From positions 1 through 51,524 of the forward strand of contig DKAX01000097.1 of NCBI GenBank assembly GCA_002450975.1: a stretch of DNA of 51,524 nt, given 5' to 3'. This document shows positions 27,196 to 34,569 of the stretch, piece after piece; the first letter of the stretch is position 1; the number at the start of each line of letters is the position of its first letter. The notes below the pieces were generated by a model, which saw only the letters and a list, made by a program, of their open reading frames with translations, made no database searches and was not told where the DNA came from. The position numbers and the translations under genes were made by a program. This DNA comes from Proteobacteria bacterium UBA6915 (lineage in GTDB: Bacteria; Pseudomonadota; Gammaproteobacteria; UBA6915).

Positions 27196-27845
27196 TGTCT
27201 ATTCCGGTTATCCAACCCGTTCCTCAATTTAACTTTATCGTTACCATGTGGGATACGCCCGCGCAGACCAGTGCCACGGATATTGTTACCGCAGCCGCCA
27301 CTGCCGCCATAAATGTTGCCAGCCAGTTTCTGTTCGGCGCCTTTTCCGAAGTGACTGGGTTGAATGCGGACATTGAGGTCGAAACCTATCAGGAAGGCGG
27401 ACTAAACACCCAACCCCATCGGTTTTTCAAAACTGCCAAATACAGCAATCTTACTCTCAAGCATGGTGTCACCTTCAATACGGCCATGTGGGATTGGATT
27501 CAACAGGTCACTACCTCGAAAAAAAAGATTCGCAAGAGTGGCATGGTGATGTTATTGGACCGAGGCGGACCAAACCTGGTGGGTGCCGGCCTGCCCGGTC
27601 TGGACAAGTTGCCCGTGGCTGCATGGATTTTTCACAACGGTTTACCGGAGCGTTTGCAGGGTCCCAGCCTGAATGCCAAGGGCAATGAAATAGCCATCGA
27701 AACCCTGGAGATCAACCACGAAGGTTTATCGCGTATTTCCCCCTCGATGATTCCCGGGTTGGGGGACCTGAACTCGGCACTGGGGGCTGCTGTGTCCGTC
27801 AGCGCATCGGTTGGCCTGGCAGGCGGTGCCGCGTTGGTATCCTGA
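27195..27845 (+). CDS. Divergent tail tube-family protein (Afp5-like) with extra segments
   Basis: QFNFIVTMWD...FGAFSEVTGLNADIEVETYQEGG. The start is at the TGATG overlap with the sheath stop. The ORF-track start at 27099 lies inside the sheath gene. Confidence 0.8.
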   Translation: MSIPVIQPVPQFNFIVTMWDTPAQTSATDIVTAAATAAINVASQFLFGAFSEVTGLNADIEVETYQEGGLNTQPHRFFKTAKYSNLTLKHGVTFNTAMWDWIQQVTTSKKKIRKSGMVMLLDRGGPNLVGAGLPGLDKLPVAAWIFHNGLPERLQGPSLNAKGNEIAIETLEINHEGLSRISPSMIPGLGDLNSALGAAVSVSASVGLAGGAALVS

Positions 27846-27861
27846 AGCAGAGGAGAATGAC

Positions 27862-28488
27862 ATGACCCTTGTTAATGCGACTTTGACAAATGTCTCCAGC
27901 AACAATGGCAAGACTGTCAAAGTCAAATACAACCCGACGGAATACAGCGTAACCACGAATATGAACTTCGCGGAGATCGCTGTGCCGGGATTAAGTGTTC
28001 CCCTGCTGCAGTTTGTGCGTGGTGACGCGCAGACCCTGTCGGTGGAGTTGTACCTGGATAAAAGTGACAGTGGGGAAAGCCTGAAACAGGATCTCGATGA
28101 TCTGCGTGGTTTTGTGACCCTGGATAGTGAATTGCACGCGCCACCGGTGTGTGAGTTCAAGTGGGGTGATACAAATAAATTCGTCGGCGTGGTTACCGGG
28201 TTCACGGAAAAGTTCCTGATGTTTGATGAGTCGGGAAATGTACTCAGGGCGCGGGTGACGCTTTCAATAAAGAGTTATAGACCAGCTGAACTGCAGTACA
28301 AGGAGAAAAATCCGCAGTCACCGGATCGGACCAAGACCCGCGTCGTCGAAGAGGGTGAGCGCCTGGATCTGATTGCCGCGGAGGTTTATGGTGACGAAAG
28401 CCTGTGGCCGGTGCTGGCCAGGGCCAATGATATCGAGCGGCCGCGCCTGATAAAGGCAGGCGATTTGTTAACCATACCCCCACTCTGA
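27862..28488 (+). CDS. Tube-like protein with a C-terminal LysM domain (tube initiator-type, Afp7/Pvc7-like role)
   Basis: C-terminal LysM: VVEEGERLDLIAAEVYGDESLWPVLARANDIERPRLIKAGDLLTIP. N-terminal beta-rich tube-like region. AGAGGAG RBS before ATG 27862. Confidence 0.75.
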   Translation: MTLVNATLTNVSSNNGKTVKVKYNPTEYSVTTNMNFAEIAVPGLSVPLLQFVRGDAQTLSVELYLDKSDSGESLKQDLDDLRGFVTLDSELHAPPVCEFKWGDTNKFVGVVTGFTEKFLMFDESGNVLRARVTLSIKSYRPAELQYKEKNPQSPDRTKTRVVEEGERLDLIAAEVYGDESLWPVLARANDIERPRLIKAGDLLTIPPL

Positions 28489-28501
28489 AGGGAGAGCATA
28501 G

Positions 28502-28696
28502 ATGCCAGCGGAAATAGGGACCATGAACACCAATGTCGAGATTCTACCCGCTCAGGGCGATACTGGCGGCAGTAATGCTGGGGCCCAATCACCGACATCG
28601 ATGCAGGACAACATTCGGTTGAAAGAGGTGTTGCGTCCCCTGGTCATCGAGTTGATCAATGAGGAGCTGGAAAATTATATGAAGATGAGAGGCTAA
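28502..28696 (+). CDS. Small conserved-position CIS protein (Afp6/DUF5908-like?)
   Basis: 64 aa with a GAAGGGAGAG RBS. It sits between the LysM protein and the hub, as in other CIS loci. The family call is tentative. Confidence 0.4.
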   Translation: MPAEIGTMNTNVEILPAQGDTGGSNAGAQSPTSMQDNIRLKEVLRPLVIELINEELENYMKMRG

Positions 28697-28697
28697 T

Positions 28698-29954
28698 ATG
28701 GTTGTGCTGAATTCCGGATTAACCGGCCTAGCTGCCGAACTCGGGAAACCGGGACTACCCGGAACCGGTTTTTATGCACCACAGGCACGGATAGTGACCG
28801 CGCAGGGAAATCCCATCCTGGTGGATGGTGATCCGGTTAGTATCGATCTGGTGAGTGTCAAAGTGACACAGGTCCACCATGGAGTATCGCAGGTCTCCAT
28901 CACACTGAACAATCAGCGCCATGACAAGGGGCACAACATTCTGGTGCCTACGTGGAAGTACAACAAGATGGATGCATTGAGTTTTGGTGATAGGATCAGG
29001 GTGGAGTTTCGCTACGCCAACAGTAAAACATGGGCGCCCATGATTGTGGCGCGCATTACCGACGTTACCTACAGTTTTCCGGCCAGTGGGGGATCCCTTA
29101 TAACTTTGCAGGGTGAAGACCTGTTGAGCCTGTTGAAAACCAAGCCGTCCGAAGATAAGGGATATAAGAATAAGCAGGAGATGGAGATCTTAACGAATAC
29201 GTTAACGCGTGCCGGTTCGAGACTGACTTTGAGACCGAGCGGACTCAAGGTGTTTGCAGAGACTTTGAAAACCGTCACCCACCGGAAATCACAATCCTAT
29301 TTGCAGTTTATCGAATCAATAGCCGAAAGGATGGACTTCGAGGTCTATGTGGATGCCGTTAGTCCGGAACAGATACATTTTGAAACTGCCCGTTCCGCCA
29401 GCAAAAATATTGATGCCGTTGATCTGACCTGGAATATGGATCTGATCGAATTTCGTCCGAAATTCAAGGTCTGGGACCTCTATACCGAGGCTGTCCTCAA
29501 GGGCAGGCATCCTCGACGCCGGACTCGAATTACCGGTAGGGCCAAACGAGCTGATATCGGACCCGACCTTCATACAGCCACCGGTGGTTCAGCTCCCATG
29601 AATGCCTTGGATGTTCGGGATAGTTTTTTTTCAGCGAATGATCCGCAGCGGGAAAACAAATTTACCGACAAGATAACCAATCTGGACAAAGAGCGTGCCG
29701 ATCTCAAGGCCATCGCTATTTTACGCAAGCGGGCCAGAGAGTTCCTGACTGCTGAAATCTCCACTATCGGCTATACCGAACTCGTTCCGGGAAAACACGT
29801 CGATCTGCACAAATTGTCCGTACCGTTCGACGGTATCTACTACATAACCAAGGCAGTACATACCATTGACGCGAGTGGCTATCGCACCCAGTGCTCGCTT
29901 CGTCGACCGGGAATGTTAGATCCCAGCACTTATCCAGGAGTAAAAAACACATGA
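28698..29954 (+). CDS. Phage late control gene D-like baseplate hub protein
   Basis: 418 aa immediately upstream of the spike gene. Its size, position and gpD-like pattern (GDRIRVEFRY..., YYITKAVHTIDASGYRTQCSLR at the C-terminus) support the call. Confidence 0.7.
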   Translation: MVVLNSGLTGLAAELGKPGLPGTGFYAPQARIVTAQGNPILVDGDPVSIDLVSVKVTQVHHGVSQVSITLNNQRHDKGHNILVPTWKYNKMDALSFGDRIRVEFRYANSKTWAPMIVARITDVTYSFPASGGSLITLQGEDLLSLLKTKPSEDKGYKNKQEMEILTNTLTRAGSRLTLRPSGLKVFAETLKTVTHRKSQSYLQFIESIAERMDFEVYVDAVSPEQIHFETARSASKNIDAVDLTWNMDLIEFRPKFKVWDLYTEAVLKGRHPRRRTRITGRAKRADIGPDLHTATGGSAPMNALDVRDSFFSANDPQRENKFTDKITNLDKERADLKAIAILRKRAREFLTAEISTIGYTELVPGKHVDLHKLSVPFDGIYYITKAVHTIDASGYRTQCSLRRPGMLDPSTYPGVKNT

Positions 29955-30640
29955 CCTTCAGTCTGTTTGAACCCATCATGGAAAGTCGCGAGGCGTGTGA
30001 TCGCAGCAATCCAGTTGCCGGTATCCGCTATGCGGTGGTCAAGGAGCATACAGATGAGGGTTTTATCCTGGAGTGGTTGTCCGGTGATGTGGACTCTCCG
30101 TCTGCGCCGGCAAGAATGGCCTGTTTTATGGCTGGTAAGGAGCGCGGTGCCTTTTTCCTGCCCGAGGTGGGCGACGAGGTGGTGGTGGGTTTCGAGGATG
30201 GCGATCTGGATACGCCGGTAATTCTCGGGGCGCTTTGGAGCGAGGATGTCGACAGACCACCCGGTGACGCGGATAACACCGCGTCAAATAATACCCGTGG
30301 CATCGTCTCCAGATTGGGACACAAATTGATATTCGATGATACCCAGGGATCGGGAAAGATCACCACCAAGAGTAAAGGTGAGTTGGTGATCGAGCTGGAT
30401 GATGCGTCGGCGGGTGGCAAGATCACGATCAAAACCAAAAACAATCTGTCCATCGTGCTTGACGACGCGGCCGGAACGATTACGGCGGAGGTTAACAGTA
30501 CCAACAAAATCGAAATGTCTTCGACCGGAGTCACGGTGAAGGGGACCTCAATAACACTTGAGGCAGATCCATCGAACAAGATCACTATCGAGGCGGGTGG
30601 GATTACCGTTGTAGGCACCTCGATAAATTTGAATCCGTAA
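29951..30640 (+). CDS. gpV/VgrG-like central spike (OB-fold plus beta-helix)
   Basis: FFLPEVGDEVVVGFEDGDLDTPVILGALW is the gp5/VgrG OB-fold signature. The C-terminus carries repetitive beta-helix strands (KITTKSKGELVIELDD, KITIKTKNNLSIVLDD, ...). The ATGA start overlaps the hub stop. Confidence 0.85.
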   Translation: MTFSLFEPIMESREACDRSNPVAGIRYAVVKEHTDEGFILEWLSGDVDSPSAPARMACFMAGKERGAFFLPEVGDEVVVGFEDGDLDTPVILGALWSEDVDRPPGDADNTASNNTRGIVSRLGHKLIFDDTQGSGKITTKSKGELVIELDDASAGGKITIKTKNNLSIVLDDAAGTITAEVNSTNKIEMSSTGVTVKGTSITLEADPSNKITIEAGGITVVGTSINLNP

Positions 30641-30651
30641 CAGGTGATGAT

Positions 30652-31488
30652 ATGCAAATGATAGCGGCACCAATTCCGCCCAAATTTTTCTTCAAGGGTC
30701 TGCGTGCGCGGCCGGGCGAGAGTGTCGGAAGTGATGAGCAGGGGGAAACAGTAGGTGTTTTTCTCATGAAGCAGACCATTGGTTTCGATGGCAGTATCTT
30801 TGGGGTAAATTCACAGCCGGTGTTGATGGCGGATCAGAAGTATGCACCGTACGATGCGTCAGATGCAAATTCGACCTGGTTTCCTGTTTTGTTGCGCCTG
30901 GAATCCGACCTGGCCAGCACCAAGCCCTTTCTCGATCTGGTGGTGGTAAACAACCTGGCGGAACTCGGCGTAGCAAATCCATACCCCCCCGATCCAATAG
31001 AGCTACCTGCAGCGAAGAGATTTGGCAGAGTATCGATCAACAGCGCAAGCGCGAATGTACTGAAATACGGCTGGTTCAGTCGGGGAGAAAACCCACGGCG
31101 TGATTTGGCGGCTGATCCAGTACTGAACTGGACACCGCCGAATATCGATTATGTCCCTAATGGTACAAACCTTCCCATGGGGTTTAATAACCAGTTTCAC
31201 AACGGTGGTTTACTCGCCGGGCTGGCTCACCTTAGCGAAGGTGACGAAGTGGTATTCACGCAAATGAATTCGGTTGACGATGATATTGCGGAATATGCCA
31301 TACAGATTCCGACTGAGCCTGTTCTGACTATTCGTCGCGATGGAGTGCCGGTCGACCCACATCCGGATATACAGGTAATCGTGGATACCCTGGTACTGGA
31401 TCTGAAAAACGCCTTTTTCCTGGTTACCTGGCGTGGTGTTTTTTTATGGCGGGATCAATTTTCCAAGGCAGTCCTGGAGGTAAGTTGA
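30652..31488 (+). CDS. DUF2169-like protein (family known as a T6SS VgrG/PAAR-effector adaptor)
   Basis: VGVFLMKQTIGFDGS...SQPVLMADQKY...LESDLASTKPFLDLVVVNN parallels the DUF2169 N-terminal pattern as I recall it. The gene lies between the spike and PAAR-like genes. Needs HMM confirmation. Confidence 0.5.
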   Translation: MQMIAAPIPPKFFFKGLRARPGESVGSDEQGETVGVFLMKQTIGFDGSIFGVNSQPVLMADQKYAPYDASDANSTWFPVLLRLESDLASTKPFLDLVVVNNLAELGVANPYPPDPIELPAAKRFGRVSINSASANVLKYGWFSRGENPRRDLAADPVLNWTPPNIDYVPNGTNLPMGFNNQFHNGGLLAGLAHLSEGDEVVFTQMNSVDDDIAEYAIQIPTEPVLTIRRDGVPVDPHPDIQVIVDTLVLDLKNAFFLVTWRGVFLWRDQFSKAVLEVS

Positions 31489-31489
31489 T

Positions 31490-31888
31490 ATGGGATTTCC
31501 AATTGCAACCAAGTCAACCGGCGTTTGTGTCGCTTTTCCTGATATGTGTTGGACACCGGTTCCTATCATAGGTCAGGTACCGATCCCATACGCCAATATC
31601 GGTCAGCTTTCCGAAGCGCAAGAGGTATCTGAAAATGTTTTGATACGCGGAAAAGGCGTCATCCTGGTGGGGAACAAGATCGAACAGAGTATGGGCGACG
31701 AAGCCGGTGTCAACAATGGTGTGGCCTCAGGTGAGATTAAAGGGGAAATAGAATTTATCACAGGTTCCGCTACCGTACTGGTCAACGGCAAGAAGGTGGT
31801 GAGAATGTTCGACACAACTACCCAGAACAAGGGAAACGCCGTGGGTGTGGTGCTCGGCGGTGAGCCCACGGTGATGGCTGGAGGATAG
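31490..31888 (+). CDS. PAAR-like spike tip protein (DUF4150)
   Basis: FPDMCWTPVPIIGQVPIPYANIG, SMGDEAGVNNGVASG and VLVNGKKVVRMFD match the DUF4150 PAAR-like pattern. It is a stand-alone 132 aa protein. Confidence 0.75.
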   Translation: MGFPIATKSTGVCVAFPDMCWTPVPIIGQVPIPYANIGQLSEAQEVSENVLIRGKGVILVGNKIEQSMGDEAGVNNGVASGEIKGEIEFITGSATVLVNGKKVVRMFDTTTQNKGNAVGVVLGGEPTVMAGG

Positions 31889-31893
31889 GGGAC

Positions 31894-32310
31894 ATGGTGC
31901 AACAGAGTGGCAAACTGAAGATACGGCCGCATCTCGGTGTCGGTTGGGCCTTCCCGGTGCGGCCGGGAAAAGGTGGTCTGCATTATGCCCGGTATGAAGA
32001 GGATATCGAACAGGCCATAGGCATCATACTCGAGACTGCCAAAAACGAACGTTTGATGAATCCGTATTTTGGCGCCGGGATGCAGAATTTCTTGTTTGAC
32101 GGTAATAGCGCGGTCACGCACCGCGCAGTGGAGGAAGAGGTTAAGAGGGCTTTACTCGATTGGGAGCCCCGCATCGAGGTGGAACGCGTCAGGGCATCGG
32201 CGGCCGATGGGGAGCTCAACATGATGTTGATCGAGATCGACTATGTGGTCAGGCGCAGCAATACCTTTTACAACCGCGTTTACCCATTCTATCTCACGGA
32301 GGCAACGTAA
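31894..32310 (+). CDS. GPW/gp25-family baseplate wedge protein
   Basis: GVGWAFPV..., IEQAIGIILETAKNERLMNPYFGAGMQNFLF, ALLDWEPRIEV. Confidence 0.85.
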   Translation: MVQQSGKLKIRPHLGVGWAFPVRPGKGGLHYARYEEDIEQAIGIILETAKNERLMNPYFGAGMQNFLFDGNSAVTHRAVEEEVKRALLDWEPRIEVERVRASAADGELNMMLIEIDYVVRRSNTFYNRVYPFYLTEAT

Positions 32311-32313
32311 ACC

Positions 32314-34569
32314 ATGCCTATCCAATCACCCAAATTAGATGATCTGGACTACAAGAGTCTGCAGACTTCATTGATCAATCAGATTCCGCTCTATACCCGG
32401 GAGTGGACCGACTACAACGATTCCGATCCGGGAATCACGCTGATTCAGCTGTTCTCACACCTGGCGGAACAGATCACCTACCGTCTGAATCAGGTACCGG
32501 AGAAAAACTACATCGAGTTTTTGAAATTGCTGGGGATCCGTTTAAGGCCTGCAGAACCGGCCTCAAGCGTGGTCAATTTTGTACTGACAAAACCGGAAAC
32601 CGTTGAACAGTTTTTAATCGATGCCGGTGCCCGGATTGCCGCGAAGAGTGAGGCGGAGGTGCCGCCGGTTTTTGAAACCGTCCTCAAGCTTGATGTCATA
32701 CCGGCACAAATGGCAACGCTGATCACCTCACGCTCCAACAAACTGACCAACATCAATCCCGGTGAAGCTGGGCCTGGAACAGGCGATGTTGATGAATACA
32801 TTAAAACGCGCTTTTCCATCGCATGGGATGGTAAGAAACCCAAGCTGAAAGATATGTCTGTCAGTCCCGTGGCCCTGTTTCAACGCAATTCCGAACACAC
32901 CCATAAGCATCTCTGGATCGGCCTGGCCTTCAATCCTGCGGTTACCGCCGGCTTTCTTGGTGCCAGAGTCACACTAAGGCTGCAATTGGATGATGATGAA
33001 CAGCCCGTGGCCGACGGGGTTGCACAATGCGGTGAGCCGGCGTTCGAACTGGATGCCGCCCCGGGAAGCGCCACTGAACTGGTCTCCTATGAGTTTTACC
33101 GACCACCCGGCATCAATGAAGCCAAGGGCAAGTGGATGGAGCTGGCTGTCCTGGGTGATAGTACCGAAGGCTGGACGCGTTCCGGTGAGATACGTTTTGA
33201 TGTGCCACGCAACATCGGTGCCATTCCTGATGACGAATGGGAGAGTGTGGCGGAAGGCATACTCCACCCCTTGATAGGTAAACTCAAAAATCCCGTGCAG
33301 GGCACGCCGGATTTTGTTCCGATCAGCGGCTGGTTGCACGTGAAATTCAACCTGCAGGTACCGATGCTGTTGTTGCGCGCGCTGTCATTTAACGTAACGA
33401 CTGTTATTGGTGCCGAGACGGTGCGCAATGAACAGCTTGGCTTCGGTTCCGGTGAAGTGGGGCAGCGTATGCAACTGGGCAATGACAACATCCTGAGCGA
33501 TACGCTCAGTATCGTTTCGGTTGGTCCGGCTCCACAAAGAGAGCAGCGTCATTGGCGACAGGTGAGTGATTTCTACAACCTGGATCCGTTCGATCGCGTT
33601 TACGTGTTGGATGCGGAAGCGGGTGAGGTGGTATTCGGTGATGGTATGAACGGCAGGCCACCGGAGGTGGGCGAGCAATTGATCGCCAGCCAATACCGGC
33701 ACGGTGGCGGAGAATATACCGAAGTGGACGTAGGCATGGTCAGCTTGCCCGAGTCACTGCCGGTGATGGTGGAATCGGCAACCAACATTGTTGCCGCTCG
33801 TGGCGGCAAGGACGCAGAAACCCTGTTGGATGCCAAACAACGGGCGGCCCTGCAACAGAAGGTGCAACGACGCGCCGTGACCACGGAGGATTTCGAGTTT
33901 CATACCCTGCAGACCACCGGGGTGCGCGTGGCAAGGGCCGTTGTGGTGCCACTCTATATACCCTATCCACAGGGTAACGCAGATCAACGGGGGTTGGACT
34001 TCGATACACGGGTACCGGGGGCGGTGACCGTAATCGTAATCCCGGATGAAGAGGGCCTCTATCCGACACCTACTGAAGGGATGTTACGCACGGTGTGCCG
34101 TTATCTGGATAAGTTTCGCCTCATCACCACGGAGGTCTATACCACGGTTGCGCAATATGTTCGCATCCACAACTTGACACTCGAGCTGAAGGCTGAGGTG
34201 GGTTACAGTCGGACCCGGCTGCGCGAGGCTATCGCAGAACACCTGGAGCGTTACTTTCACGTTCTTACTGGTGGTGAGGAAGGAAAGGGTTTTCCCTTCG
34301 GCGTCACGGTGCACCACGCCGATCTCGTGGCCCAGGTGTTTCGTGTCGCAGGCGTGGACCGGGTGGAAGCACTGGAGGCCTGGTTTGACGGACAGAGTCC
34401 CGCGGGTGCTGTACCGGAGATGCACTGGCGACAGGAACGCCAGACACCCAGGCGGTTGATCAATTGTATCGAAGGTCCCGATGACGATGTCAAAATTGTC
34501 CTGCAAGGGGATGAGACCCTGTTTATCGATTCCAGCAGCGTCAATATCATTATCAAGGAGGGCTCGTGA
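32314..34569 (+). CDS. Baseplate J/gp6-like baseplate assembly protein (Afp11-like)
   Basis: LDDLDYKSLQTSLINQIPLYTREWTDYNDSDPGITLIQLFSHLAEQITYRLNQVPEKNYIEFLKLLG is the typical N-terminus of the putative baseplate assembly protein family. Confidence 0.85.
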   Translation: MPIQSPKLDDLDYKSLQTSLINQIPLYTREWTDYNDSDPGITLIQLFSHLAEQITYRLNQVPEKNYIEFLKLLGIRLRPAEPASSVVNFVLTKPETVEQFLIDAGARIAAKSEAEVPPVFETVLKLDVIPAQMATLITSRSNKLTNINPGEAGPGTGDVDEYIKTRFSIAWDGKKPKLKDMSVSPVALFQRNSEHTHKHLWIGLAFNPAVTAGFLGARVTLRLQLDDDEQPVADGVAQCGEPAFELDAAPGSATELVSYEFYRPPGINEAKGKWMELAVLGDSTEGWTRSGEIRFDVPRNIGAIPDDEWESVAEGILHPLIGKLKNPVQGTPDFVPISGWLHVKFNLQVPMLLLRALSFNVTTVIGAETVRNEQLGFGSGEVGQRMQLGNDNILSDTLSIVSVGPAPQREQRHWRQVSDFYNLDPFDRVYVLDAEAGEVVFGDGMNGRPPEVGEQLIASQYRHGGGEYTEVDVGMVSLPESLPVMVESATNIVAARGGKDAETLLDAKQRAALQQKVQRRAVTTEDFEFHTLQTTGVRVARAVVVPLYIPYPQGNADQRGLDFDTRVPGAVTVIVIPDEEGLYPTPTEGMLRTVCRYLDKFRLITTEVYTTVAQYVRIHNLTLELKAEVGYSRTRLREAIAEHLERYFHVLTGGEEGKGFPFGVTVHHADLVAQVFRVAGVDRVEALEAWFDGQSPAGAVPEMHWRQERQTPRRLINCIEGPDDDVKIVLQGDETLFIDSSSVNIIIKEGS

